Made by a program: the position numbers and the translations under genes
Source: an uncultured Chloroflexia bacterium
GTDB lineage: Bacteria; Chloroflexota; Limnocylindria; Limnocylindrales; CSP1-4
Direction: 5' to 3'
DNA: 64,000 bases
Assembly: GCA_963748625.1 (NCBI GenBank)
Contig: CAVVJT010000008.1
Coordinates: forward strand, 1-64,000
Notes under the pieces: generated by a model
Databases searched by the model: none
Seen by the model: the letters and a program-made list of their open reading frames with translations, nothing else
What the model was told of the DNA's origin: nothing
Part shown: piece by piece, positions 38,967 through 48,902 of the stretch
Numbering within the stretch: the stretch's first letter is position 1
Layout of the letters: each line of letters begins with the position of its first letter

Positions 38967-40193
38967 TCAGGCCGTGCCCGTCGCCGCGCCCGAGCCCGTG
39001 TCCGCCGCCGCCGTGCCAGCCGGTGCCGCCGCCGTGCCAGCCGGTGCCGCCGGTGCTCCGGCCGGATCCACGGCCTCGGCCACCTCGCGTGCCGCGATCA
39101 GGCCGCCGAGCAGGTCCGGCCCGCCGAGATTGACCACGGCCCGTGCGTTCCCAGCGAGCTCCTGGGCGACACGCAGGCGCTGCAGCTCGAGGTCGTAGCG
39201 CGCCGCATGCGGGTTGGCGGCGAGCCGCTCCTCGAGCCCGGCGAGGCGGATGGCCTCGTTCTCGGCCTCGAGCTCCACGGCGCGCCGATGGCTCTGCGCC
39301 TCTTGCGCGATGAGCGCGGCTGCATCGGCGAGGCGCCGCTTGTCCAGCTCGTAGTTCTCGGACTGGGCCGCCAGCTGGAGCGTCGCGAGGCGGCGTGCCT
39401 CGAGGGACTCGGTCACGGCCGCGGGCAGGCTCACCCGCGTGATCGCCACGCCGGAGATATGCACGCCGTACGGATCGAGCTTGGGCGCGACGACCTCCTT
39501 CATGCGCTCCGCATGAATGGCCCCGAGGTCCAGTGTGGCGAGCGCATCGATGCCGCGGACGAGCATCCGTACCGCGTCCTGGCACGCCGCCTGGATGTAC
39601 TGGTCGGCGTCGCCGGCGGTGATCGAGTACACGAACTTCACGGGGTCCGCGATCTTGATCGTCAGCAGCGAGTCGATGGTGATCCCGATCCCGTCCGAAG
39701 AGCGAACCTCGGTCACGGGCACGTCGAACGCGATCTCGCGCGTGGTCACGATATGCGAGAGGGCGACGAGCGGGTTGACCCAGCGCACGCCCTCGTCGAG
39801 TACCCGGGAGTGGCGGCCGCCCTTGATGATCAGGCCGACGGTGCCCGGCGGGATGCGGATGATGAGGCGGGACATGATCCCGGCGAACACCAGTGCGGCG
39901 CCCGCGATCACGATGACCGCCCTGATGGCCGTGGCGAGCGGCACGAACAGGCCAGAGGCCACGATCGCGATGGCGATCAGGATCAGCGTCGGGTTCACCG
40001 GTGCCTGACGCCGGACCCGGACCACCACCGGAATGCGTCCGAACTCATCGGCGCGCTCGATGGCCTCGCCAGCCTCAAGTGGACCGGCCTCGGCTTCCGT
40101 CAGCTGCACGTATGGAGCCGCGGCGACTCGCGCCGCAACGGAGGCGGCGGCCTCGTTCGTGCTGTCCGAGATCCGGGCGGGATCGTCGCTCAC
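38967..40193 (-). CDS. SPFH/Band 7 family protein
   Basis: TM, IPPGTVG...SSDGIGITID...YGVHI, coiled tail. Confidence 0.85.
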   Translation of the reverse strand: MSDDPARISDSTNEAAASVAARVAAAPYVQLTEAEAGPLEAGEAIERADEFGRIPVVVRVRRQAPVNPTLILIAIAIVASGLFVPLATAIRAVIVIAGAALVFAGIMSRLIIRIPPGTVGLIIKGGRHSRVLDEGVRWVNPLVALSHIVTTREIAFDVPVTEVRSSDGIGITIDSLLTIKIADPVKFVYSITAGDADQYIQAACQDAVRMLVRGIDALATLDLGAIHAERMKEVVAPKLDPYGVHISGVAITRVSLPAAVTESLEARRLATLQLAAQSENYELDKRRLADAAALIAQEAQSHRRAVELEAENEAIRLAGLEERLAANPHAARYDLELQRLRVAQELAGNARAVVNLGGPDLLGGLIAAREVAEAVDPAGAPAAPAGTAAAPAGTAAADTGSGAATGTA

Positions 40194-41644
40194 GGCTGGG
40201 TGCTCCTCTGGGTGGCCGCGGCGCGGGCGGCGTAGGTGGCGGGCATGGGCCGTGCGCCGGCCGGGGCGGACCCGGCGGCCATGGCTGCGGCTGTGGTGGT
40301 TCGACCTGCGTTCGACGCGGCCGCAGGGGTCGCGACGGCTCTCGCTGCGACAGGGGACCCCGCGGACCCGGGCAGGCGCGACGGCGGGAGGGTCGCGGTC
40401 ATCGCCGGCACGCTCGGCTTCCGGTAGACCGAGGGCGTCGCCTTGGCGATCGTCGACGTGCTGGCCCTGCGCCGGTCACCCGGCAGCACGCCCGCGGGGG
40501 CCGCAGGATCTCCCAGGCGGCCGTTCGCGTAGCGGATCAGGTCGCGTCCGATGGCCACGATCGGCGCGGCGGCCAGCAGCCACACGACCCCGAACTGGCT
40601 CAGCACCACGATGGCCGGGATCAGCAGCCCCGGGTGGACATCGAGCACGCCGCGCGACATCCGCGTCTCCACGACGGAGGACGCGAGCTTCACGGAGACC
40701 ACGTAGACGATCACGGATGCGACGAACACCTCGGGTCCGCCGATCGGCAGGGCGAGGAGGAGCGGGAAGAAGCCGATGAAGAAGCCGAGCTCCGGGATGA
40801 GCTGCAGCGCACCCAGGAGGACGGCGGCGGCAACGCCGAACCGGAACTCGCCGATGCCCAGCTCATGGGCTGCGGCGAGGCCCACGTAGATCAGGAACCC
40901 GGCGATGATCGCCAGCAGGAGGCGGACCCGGAGGAACGTGGCGAGTGCCCGGTCGACGATCCGGAACAGGGCCCAGACGTCCTTGCGGATTGCCGGCGCG
41001 AAGAGCTTGGCGCCCCGCTGCTTGATGGTGCGCTCGTCGGCCACCATGGTCAGGATCCAGGCCGGGATGACGAGCAGTCCGAGCAGGGTGGACAGGGTCC
41101 CCACGACGCCCAGGATCTGGTTGGTGACGATCTGCGCCGCCTGGTCGACGAAGCCCTGGAGGACGACCTGGATGTTGGCGGAGACCTCGGTCAGCAGGTT
41201 CAGCACGATGGTGCGCATGGGCTCCGGCATCGTGCCCAGCTGCTGCTGGATCTGGGCCGCCCAGGCCTCGAGCCGCTCCGGGCTCGGCAGGCCGTTGACG
41301 ACGGAGGTGACGCCCGTGATCAGGGGCGGCAGGACCACGGCGACGACGCCCACGAGGATCGCCACCGCCACCAGCTCGGCGAGCAGCGCGGCAAACACGC
41401 GGGGCATGAACGCGTCGAGGCGGTTGGCCAGGGGCAGGACCGCGTACGCGAGGACGGCGCCCGCCACGAACGGCGCGAGCGCCGGCCACGAGGCGATGGC
41501 AAGCCAGGTCGACACGCCCAGGACGCCGAGTCCGATCAGGCCGCGCGTGAGCGCCTGCGGGCTGACGGACTGGACTCGCTCGCGCAGGAGCCGCCATCGC
41601 TGGCCCGCGCGGGCGCGGGCCTCGGGCGTCGCGGAGAGGGTCAT
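40190..41644 (-). CDS. AI-2E family transporter
   Basis: LAYAVLP, LIPELG, DVHPG. Confidence 0.85.
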   Translation of the reverse strand: MTLSATPEARARAGQRWRLLRERVQSVSPQALTRGLIGLGVLGVSTWLAIASWPALAPFVAGAVLAYAVLPLANRLDAFMPRVFAALLAELVAVAILVGVVAVVLPPLITGVTSVVNGLPSPERLEAWAAQIQQQLGTMPEPMRTIVLNLLTEVSANIQVVLQGFVDQAAQIVTNQILGVVGTLSTLLGLLVIPAWILTMVADERTIKQRGAKLFAPAIRKDVWALFRIVDRALATFLRVRLLLAIIAGFLIYVGLAAAHELGIGEFRFGVAAAVLLGALQLIPELGFFIGFFPLLLALPIGGPEVFVASVIVYVVSVKLASSVVETRMSRGVLDVHPGLLIPAIVVLSQFGVVWLLAAAPIVAIGRDLIRYANGRLGDPAAPAGVLPGDRRRASTSTIAKATPSVYRKPSVPAMTATLPPSRLPGSAGSPVAARAVATPAAASNAGRTTTAAAMAAGSAPAGARPMPATYAARAAATQRSTQP

Positions 41645-41804
41645 CGGAGAACCTCGGTGAGGGTCCGGCAGGCGGCCGGCCGTGGATCGAGTGGCGGAAT
41701 CTGGGAAGGATCCGGCTGCGGCGGAGTATAGGGCCGCCGAATCGAACGCTGGTCATCCCGTTGGCGTGAGGTCCGGACCCCTGCTATCATCCGCCGTCGG
41801 CCGC

Positions 41805-41881
41805 GGACCCGTGGTGTAGCGGCCCAACATGCCAGCCTGTCACGCTGGAGATCGCCGGTTCGAATCCGGTCGGGTCCGCCA
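41805..41881 (+). tRNA. tRNA-Asp(GTC)
   Basis: GGACCCG acceptor, CTGTCAC anticodon loop, GGTTCGAATCC, CCA end. Confidence 0.97.
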
Positions 41882-41898
41882 TCCACTCGATTCCTCGC

Positions 41899-41934
41899 AC
41901 GCCCCGTCCGCCCGCCCGGACGGGGCGTCTTTCT
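41899..41934 (+). terminator. intrinsic terminator after tRNA-Asp
   Basis: ACGCCCCGTCCG-loop-CGGACGGGGCGT followed by CTTT. Confidence 0.75.
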
Positions 41935-41960
41935 GCCCCCGGGTTACACTCTGCGCCCAC

Positions 41961-43844
41961 ATGAGCGTCCGAGATCCAGGATTCGATCCGCGCACGCAAC
42001 ACCCGCGCAGTGGAGCCCACCCGGTGGGCAGCCACCCGCCGGGTGGGCCAGTGACGCCCCCGAGTCCCGATCCCGTGTCCCGTGGTGGCTCGCCTGCCCC
42101 GCGACCCCGCCGACCGGGCTCCGCGCGTTCCGGCGGCTCGCGCGGGTCGTCGAGCTGGTTCCTGCCGGCCATCGGGATCATCGCCCTGCTCCTGGTCGTC
42201 GGCATCGGGTTCGGGTCGGGCGTGGTGGGCCGCGCGTCCGATCCGGCGGCTGCGGCGGGGTCGGCGTCGCCCGGCGCGAGTGCCGTCGGTGGGGTCACCT
42301 CCCCGGCGACCGGGGAGGTGGCGTCGGCGGACCCTGGGACCGGCGAGGCCACGGCGCCGCCTGCGGAGGAGCCCGCTGCGGAGGAGCCGACCCCCGGAGA
42401 GAGTGCCGTACCCGCGGTCCTCGTCGAGGCCGACGTCCCGGTCGTCCCCGTCACCAACTTCCGCTCGGCGCGTACGACCGTGAAGGCGGCCGATGTCGAA
42501 GCCATCGCTGCCGGCACCGGTGCCTACAAGGGCCTCGTCCTGCTCAAGGCCGACGCCGGGCCGATCCTGGCCGCCCTCGGGCTCGACCGCTCGTCGTTCG
42601 GCTCCCGCTTGGCCACCGTCAAGTCACCGCGTGCGCTGCAGCAGCACCTGTCGGCCAATCGCGGCTGGCTGGGCTTCCTGCGCGCCGACCAGGTGGATCC
42701 GTCGGTGCGCGCGCTCGCGTGGGGCAACAAGAGCCTGTTCGGCAACGGGCGCATCAAGAGCCTCGCGAAGTGGCCGCTGACGGCCCGCCTCGAGGCGCCG
42801 GAGGGCGCGGCCACGGCCTACGACCCCGGCCAGGCCTGGACGCTGGTGGCGGGCGGCGACATCCTGCTGGACCGTGGCGTGTCGCTTGCCATCAACGATG
42901 CCGCACGCGGCGACGATTTCCCGTTCGACGGCGGCACCGTGAACATCACCGGCCGCTGCAAGGACTGCTCGCCCATGGGCTGGGACCTGCCGTACACGAA
43001 GAAGACCGGCAACGCCGGCATCGTGCGCGAGCTCCTGTCCGAGGCCGACCTCTCGATCGCCAACTTCGAGAACCCGGCGCCGGACGACTGGCGCTTCCAC
43101 GGCAAAGGGATGATGTTCTCGGCCAACCCGAAGCACATCGCGGGCCTCGTGGATGCCGGGCTCGACTGGGTGTCGCTGGCCAACAACCACATGGGCGACT
43201 CGGGCGACAGCGGGATCCTCCAGACGATCAAGAACCTCGACAAGTACGGCCTCGCCCATGGCGGCGCGGGTGCCAATACCAAGCAGGCCCACAAGGCGAC
43301 GCTGCTCAAGGCGGGCGGCGTGACCGTTGGGATCCTGGGCTACGACTCGATCGCGGGCTACTACCGCTCCACGGCCACCTCGCCGGGCACGTCACGGCTG
43401 TCCACCAAGGCGCTGGCCAAGGACATCGCCGCGGCCCGCGCAGCCGGCGCCGACCTCGTGATCGTGTTCCCCCACTGGGGCATCGAGTACCGCGAGAAGC
43501 CGTCCCAGTACCAGGTGGACATGGGCCGGGCAGCCATCGACGCCGGCGCCGACATGGTGATCGGCAACCACCCCCACTGGGTGGAGGGGATGGAGGTCTA
43601 CAAGGGCAAGCCGATCTGGTACGCGCTGGGCAACTTCGTGTTCGACCAGTCCTGGTCCGAGTACACGATGGAGGGGCTCACGCTCGAGCTCACGCTGCAG
43701 GGCACCGAACTGCGCCAGATCCGCATCCGCCCGCACCTGATCATGGGCAAGGCCCAGCCGAACGTCATGGATCCGGCGACCATGGGCGGAAAGTTCGTGA
43801 TGGACCAGTTCTGGCGCTCGTCGAAGGGCCACTTGGACTGGTAG
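41961..43844 (+). CDS. CapA (PGA_cap) metallophosphatase-fold membrane protein
   Basis: GGDILL, ANFE, LANNH, HWGIEY, GNHPH, YALGNFVFDQ. Confidence 0.9.
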   Translation: MSVRDPGFDPRTQHPRSGAHPVGSHPPGGPVTPPSPDPVSRGGSPAPRPRRPGSARSGGSRGSSSWFLPAIGIIALLLVVGIGFGSGVVGRASDPAAAAGSASPGASAVGGVTSPATGEVASADPGTGEATAPPAEEPAAEEPTPGESAVPAVLVEADVPVVPVTNFRSARTTVKAADVEAIAAGTGAYKGLVLLKADAGPILAALGLDRSSFGSRLATVKSPRALQQHLSANRGWLGFLRADQVDPSVRALAWGNKSLFGNGRIKSLAKWPLTARLEAPEGAATAYDPGQAWTLVAGGDILLDRGVSLAINDAARGDDFPFDGGTVNITGRCKDCSPMGWDLPYTKKTGNAGIVRELLSEADLSIANFENPAPDDWRFHGKGMMFSANPKHIAGLVDAGLDWVSLANNHMGDSGDSGILQTIKNLDKYGLAHGGAGANTKQAHKATLLKAGGVTVGILGYDSIAGYYRSTATSPGTSRLSTKALAKDIAAARAAGADLVIVFPHWGIEYREKPSQYQVDMGRAAIDAGADMVIGNHPHWVEGMEVYKGKPIWYALGNFVFDQSWSEYTMEGLTLELTLQGTELRQIRIRPHLIMGKAQPNVMDPATMGGKFVMDQFWRSSKGHLDW

Positions 43845-43860
43845 GGGCTCCGGCGCCGGA

Positions 43861-44157
43861 GCCGCGGGTCAGCCCCAGCCGCGGGTCAGCCCCAGCCGGG
43901 TGCGCTGCTTGTCCCCGTCCCCTGTGCGCGCGCGGCAATAGATCGCCAGCCCCATGTCGCCCCGATGCTCATCGGGCATTGGGTCGACAAGGTTCGCCCA
44001 GGCTCACCCCGCGATCACGCCGTTCGCGTGTGCCGTGAGCAACGGCACGACATCCTTGGGCGCAAGTATTGCTTGGCTCGCGCGATCCGCTGCGCCCGGA
44101 GCCACCGTACCGGTGCCGTGCCGCGGGTCAGCCCCAGCCGCGGGTCAGCCCCAGCCG
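43861..44157. repeat. palindromic element flanked by identical 38-bp direct repeats
   Basis: (GCCGCGGGTCAGCCCCA)x2-GCCG at 43861-43898 and 44120-44157. Confidence 0.8.
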
Positions 44158-45149
44158 TAGGGGCCCGGTTCGCGGCTGAGGATCCCTTCGAAGAGGTCGG
44201 ATTCGTGCGCGGGCGCGTCCACGCGCGTCTCGCGGCGGACGAACGCCTCCTGGAACCAGAAGTCGCGCCAGGCATCGGGGCCGAAGCGCACGAAGGGGTT
44301 CTCGTCGCTGATCTGCGTCACGTGCGCGCGGAACGCCTGCCAGCGCTGCTCCAGCTCGTCGGACACGTCCACCCAGGCCGTCACCGTCTCGTCGGGGACG
44401 AGCATCTTCGCGGCGAACGCCTCGAACTCGGCGAGCTGCTCCGGCGTCGCGTCGGGCGGGGGTGACCAGAACGAGCGCTCGCCGATGGCATCCATGCGCT
44501 CCTGGATCGCCTGGCGCACGGACGCGGGGATCGCCTGCTCGTAGAGCTTCGCCGGCGACCACGGCGCAAGCCCGCCCTCCTCGCTCGGCGCGCCGGTCCC
44601 GCCGTGCTCGGGCGCGATCTGCTCCGGATACCAGGCCGGATCGCCCGCGCGCGCGAAGGCACCCACCGCGACGAGGTGCGTGCGGATGTGATCGGGATGC
44701 CCGTATCCGCCGAAGGCGTTGTAGGTGGTCATCACGTCTGGCTGGTACCTGCGCACCATCCAGACCAGGCGCCCGATCGCCTCGTCCAGGTCCGCCCGCC
44801 AGAAGGTGCGCGGGTCGTGGTTCCCCGGGCGGCCCATCATGTCGGAGTCCCTGTAGCCGAGGTTCTCCCACTCGGTGACGCCCAACGCCTCCATCGCGCG
44901 CTCCAGCTCCACGGCGCGCAGCTCGCCCAGGCGACGGTGGTTGTCGGGCGTGTCCAGCTCCGCGACGACGATGTCGCCCATCTCGCCGCGGGTGCAGGTG
45001 ACCAGGACCACCCGGCGGCCCTGCTTGACAGCCTTCGCCATGAGACCGCCCGTGCCGATGACCTCGTCGTCCGGGTGGGCATGGGTGGTCATCAGGGTGG
45101 GCACGTGCGGCGTCGGCACGCTCGGCAGGGTCGGGGACGTCTCGCTCAT
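44145..45149 (-). CDS. PIG-L family deacetylase (MshB/Mca-like)
   Basis: HAHPDDE, TRGEMG, YRDSDM, GGYGHPDH. Confidence 0.9.
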   Translation of the reverse strand: MSETSPTLPSVPTPHVPTLMTTHAHPDDEVIGTGGLMAKAVKQGRRVVLVTCTRGEMGDIVVAELDTPDNHRRLGELRAVELERAMEALGVTEWENLGYRDSDMMGRPGNHDPRTFWRADLDEAIGRLVWMVRRYQPDVMTTYNAFGGYGHPDHIRTHLVAVGAFARAGDPAWYPEQIAPEHGGTGAPSEEGGLAPWSPAKLYEQAIPASVRQAIQERMDAIGERSFWSPPPDATPEQLAEFEAFAAKMLVPDETVTAWVDVSDELEQRWQAFRAHVTQISDENPFVRFGPDAWRDFWFQEAFVRRETRVDAPAHESDLFEGILSREPGPYGWG

Positions 45150-45350
45150 GGATGCATCCTACTGTCCGGCGGCCTAGGACCGGTGATGGCACCTTCTGGG
45201 GATGTCGCTGCTGCCCCCGTCCGTCGTCATCCTGATCGTCCTCGCGGACGGGGCGATGCTCGCCGCGCTGTGGCGGGTGGTCCTGCCTGCAAGCCGCGGG
45301 CGCGCCTGGGACGCAGTGTCACCGCCGACATGGGCGTGTGATTCGTGGTG

Positions 45351-45521
45351 ATGGAAGGTCTGGACGTGTGCCGAATCGATCTTGCGCCGCCGGATCGGCC
45401 GGTGTTCGTGGGCGTCACCGGTGGCGCGCACACGGCCGACTTCCATGTTCGCGTGGGCAACGCGACGCGCCGGCTGCTGACCGACGAGGTCCTCGATTAC
45501 CAGGAGCGCCGCTGGGGCTGA
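45351..45521 (+). pseudogene. C-terminal remnant of an AlbA_2/Schlafen-like protein
   Basis: DVCRIDL...PVFV...FHVRVGNATRRL..DEVLDYQERRW. Confidence 0.4.
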
Positions 45522-45654
45522 GCGCGCCAGATCCGCCACGAGACGCGTGACCCCACCCGGAGTCACCCAGGGCCGCCTCCCGCACGACCAGTACACGCAA
45601 CGTCGACTTTGCCGTACGCGCGCCGCACGGTCAGGGCTCTCCTGACTCGCAGCG

Positions 45655-45755
45655 GAGTCCGCGCCCGGCGGCGAGTCCGCGCCCGGCGGCGAGTCCGCGC
45701 CCGGCGGCGAGTCCGCGCCCGGCGGCGAGTCCGCGCCCGGCGGCGAGTCCGCGCC
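45655..45755. repeat. intergenic 18-bp tandem repeat x5.6
   Basis: GAGTCCGCGCCCGGCGGC units. Confidence 0.95.
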
Positions 45756-45770
45756 ACGCTGCTGCCCCGG

Positions 45771-46433
45771 TCAGGACGGCCGTCGAGCCTCGATCCGGTG
45801 GGCGAGGGCGATCGGGCCGGGCCACCGCCATGGGCGCTCGTCCACGATCTCCAGCGCGGATCCCTCGACGTGGTCGACCGGGTGGTACCCACCACCGTGG
45901 AGCGGGACAAAGGCACCGCCCAGGTCGTAGATCAGGGCCGTCCCGCCCGGGCGCAGCACCCGCGCCACCTCTGCGAGACCGGCTCCCTTGTCGGCCCAGT
46001 GGTGCATCGACAGCGTGCTCACCACGACGTCGAAGCTGGCGTCGTCGAAGGGGAGCGCGGCCACGTCGGCGACGCGCACGTCGGCATCCGGACCGAGCCG
46101 GAGTCGGGCCTGCCCGACCATCCGCGGATCGAGGTCGATGGCGGTCACGTCGAGGCTGCGCCTGGCCAGGTCGGCCGCCAGGTGGCCCGGGCCGCATCCG
46201 ATGTCCAGGACCCGGGCGCCGGCGGGCGCGGTCGAGGCGATGTCGCGCGCGACCCCCGCGTAGAAGGAGCCGAGCAGGAAGCCCGCGATCCGGTCGTACG
46301 CGCCTGCGTCGGCGATGAGGATGCCCTCGGGCGTGTCGCGCGCGACACCGGGGCCCCGGCGATGGAGCAGCACCGCGACGGTGGCGACCCCGGCGGCTGT
46401 CCCGGCGGCGACGATGAGCGGAGTCCTGCGCAT
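45771..46433 (-). CDS. class I SAM-dependent methyltransferase
   Basis: VLDIGCGPG, LPFDDASFD, RVLRPGG. Confidence 0.9.
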   Translation of the reverse strand: MRRTPLIVAAGTAAGVATVAVLLHRRGPGVARDTPEGILIADAGAYDRIAGFLLGSFYAGVARDIASTAPAGARVLDIGCGPGHLAADLARRSLDVTAIDLDPRMVGQARLRLGPDADVRVADVAALPFDDASFDVVVSTLSMHHWADKGAGLAEVARVLRPGGTALIYDLGGAFVPLHGGGYHPVDHVEGSALEIVDERPWRWPGPIALAHRIEARRPS

Positions 46434-46483
46434 GCGGGTGACCTCGGAGAGCGGCTGGGGCCTCCCGAGTGTAGGCTGCCCCG

Positions 46484-47263
46484 ATGACCGACCAGCCCAC
46501 CGCCCCGGAGACCCCGGCGATCCCGGTGACCCCGGACGTGCCGCCCGCCCCGGCGATCCCGGTGACCCCGGACGTGCCGCCCACCCCGGCGATCCCGGTG
46601 ACCCCGGACGTGCCGCCCGCCCCGGCGATCCCGGTGACCCCGGACGTGCCGCCCGCCCCGGCGATCCCGGTGACCCCGGACGTGCCGCCCGCCCCGGCGA
46701 TCCCGGTGACCCCGGACGTGCCGCCCGCCCCGGCGATCCCGGTGACCCCGGACGTGCCGCCCGCCCCGGCGATCCCGGTGACCCCCGCCATCGCGGCGCT
46801 CGAGGCCGCGGGTGTCGCCTTCCGGGTCGTCCGCACCGAGATCGCCCGCAGCGCCGAGGAGAGCGCCTCGTTCCAGGGCATCCCGGTGGGGTCGCTCCTG
46901 CGCTCGATCCTCGTCCGGCGCGGCACCGACGACTTCTTCTTCGTGCTCGTGCCCGGCGGCCGCCGCTTCAACTGGCCGAAGCTGCGCCAGCTCCTGGGCA
47001 CCAACCGCCTGACCCTTCCCACCGAGGAGGAGGCCAAGGCCGAGACCGGCTACGTCCGCGGCGCGATCACCCCATTCGGCGCGCGGCGACCGTGGCCTGT
47101 CATCGCCGACGAGACCGTGATGGCCTGGGAGGTCGTCGCGATCGGCGGGGGCGCGCGCGGTGTGAACGTGCATCTTGCGCCTGCGGACCTGGTCAGGGCG
47201 ACGGACGCACAGGTCGTGGACATCACGATCCCCGACGAGCCGAAAGAAGCGGCCGAGGGCTGA
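46484..47263 (+). CDS. YbaK/EbsC family aminoacyl-tRNA deacylase
   Basis: TGYVRGAITPFG, IGGGARG. Confidence 0.85.
   Translation: MTDQPTAPETPAIPVTPDVPPAPAIPVTPDVPPTPAIPVTPDVPPAPAIPVTPDVPPAPAIPVTPDVPPAPAIPVTPDVPPAPAIPVTPDVPPAPAIPVTPAIAALEAAGVAFRVVRTEIARSAEESASFQGIPVGSLLRSILVRRGTDDFFFVLVPGGRRFNWPKLRQLLGTNRLTLPTEEEAKAETGYVRGAITPFGARRPWPVIADETVMAWEVVAIGGGARGVNVHLAPADLVRATDAQVVDITIPDEPKEAAEG
46514..46786 (+). repeat. 36-bp tandem repeat x7.6 (PAIPVTPDVPPA)
   Basis: Near-perfect units with a single A/G variant. Confidence 0.95.
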
Positions 47264-47573
47264 GGCAGAGCTCCGCCTCGCGCGCAGCGGGCCCTCGCGC
47301 TGAGGCAGGCCCACTCCCGCACAGCGGGTCCTATGTGCGACATCTCGCGCAGGCAGCCCGCTGGGCGGCAGGAATGGCCCCGTTCGATCCGATGTCACGC
47401 CGCTCTGCCCGCTGGCCGGGAGAGATGCGCGGAATCCTGTACGTAAGGCCCGCCAGGCGGGAGAGGGTGGCGTGGCGCCAGGCGGGAGGGGGTGGCATCG
47501 GGCGGCGTCAGGTCCCGGCAGGGTGGACCGCCCAGGGATCCGGCACGGAGGCCGCGGCCGTACCATCACCGGC

Positions 47574-48824
47574 ATGGAGACTCCCGCCAGCGACGGCCCC
47601 CTTGCCGGCATCCGCGTGATCGACTGCTCGGCCGTGCTCGCCGGACCGTACTGCACGATGCTCCTCGCGGACCTGGGCGCGGACGTGGTCAAGGTGGAGC
47701 CGCCCGAGGGAGACGGCACCCGTGGCTGGGGCCCGCCATGGGTGGGCGACGAGGCGGCCGGCACGAGGACCGCGGCCTACTTCCAGGCGGTGAACCGCAA
47801 CAAGCGCTCCATCCGCCTCGACCTCAAGACCGCCAGCGGGCGCGAGGTGCTCACCCACCTCCTCGCCGATGCGGACGTCTTCGTGGAGAACTTCCGGGCC
47901 GGCGGGCTCGAGCGCCTCGGCTTCGGGGACGACGTTCTCGAGGCGATCAACCCGGACCTGGTCCACCTCGCGATCAGCGGGTACGGCACGGTGGGGCCCG
48001 ACGCACAGAAGCCCGGCTACGACTTCGTGATCCAGGCCCAGGGCGGCCTCATGTCGATCACGGGCGCGCGCGATGCGCAGGGCGGCGCGCCGACCAAGGT
48101 GGGCGTGGCCATCAGCGATGTCGTGACCGGCCTCTTCGGGACGGTGACCGTGCTGGCGGGCCTCCTCGCGCGCGAGCGCGGGCGGGTCCCCGGGGCGGGC
48201 GAGGGCCATGGCGGCCAGCGGATCGACGTCAACCTGCTCGCCTCCACGCTGGCGGTGCTGGTGAACCAGGCCCAGAACGCGTTCGTATCGGACGCCGCGC
48301 CCGGACGGATGGGCAACGCGCACCCCAACATCGTTCCGTACGAGACCTTCGCCACGGCCGATGGCGAGATCGCGCTCGCGGTGGGCAGCGAGCGGCAGTG
48401 GGCCCGCCTGTGCGACCTGCTCGACCGGCCCAACCTGCGCGACGACCCGAGGTTCGCGGCCAACGGCGCACGGGTGGCCAACCGGGTCGAGCTCAGGGCG
48501 CTCCTTGCCGCCCGCTTCAGCACCCGGCCCACGGACGCCTGGCTGGACAGCCTCGACGCGGCCGAGATCCCGTGCGGCGCCATCAACGACATCGCCGAGG
48601 CGTTCGCGATGCCCCAGGCGGTCGCGCTCGGCATGGCGGTGGACGTGGAGCACCCGGTGCTCGGGGTGGTCCGCCAGGCCGGCATCCCGTTCACCCTGTC
48701 GGCCACGCCGGCGTCGATCCGGACCGCACCGCCGCTCCTGGGCGAGCACACGGACGCCATCCTGGCCGAGGCCGGCTACGAGGACGACGAGATCTCGCGC
48801 CTCAGGGCGGACGGGATCGTCTGA
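47574..48824 (+). CDS. CaiB/BaiF class III CoA transferase
   Basis: LAGP, DLGADVVKVEPP, NRNKRS, ENFR, PGYD. Confidence 0.93.
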   Translation: METPASDGPLAGIRVIDCSAVLAGPYCTMLLADLGADVVKVEPPEGDGTRGWGPPWVGDEAAGTRTAAYFQAVNRNKRSIRLDLKTASGREVLTHLLADADVFVENFRAGGLERLGFGDDVLEAINPDLVHLAISGYGTVGPDAQKPGYDFVIQAQGGLMSITGARDAQGGAPTKVGVAISDVVTGLFGTVTVLAGLLARERGRVPGAGEGHGGQRIDVNLLASTLAVLVNQAQNAFVSDAAPGRMGNAHPNIVPYETFATADGEIALAVGSERQWARLCDLLDRPNLRDDPRFAANGARVANRVELRALLAARFSTRPTDAWLDSLDAAEIPCGAINDIAEAFAMPQAVALGMAVDVEHPVLGVVRQAGIPFTLSATPASIRTAPPLLGEHTDAILAEAGYEDDEISRLRADGIV

Positions 48825-48902
48825 GGGACCAACTGGCGCGATCGCGGCGACCATGACTGCGGCGGCCACGGCTGCGTCGAGGCCGACGACCCCGCTGGCC
48901 GC

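Noticed and set aside
46514-46786. 36-bp repeats as a CRISPR array
   Set aside because: Units are contiguous with no spacers, lie in frame within YbaK, and no cas genes are present.
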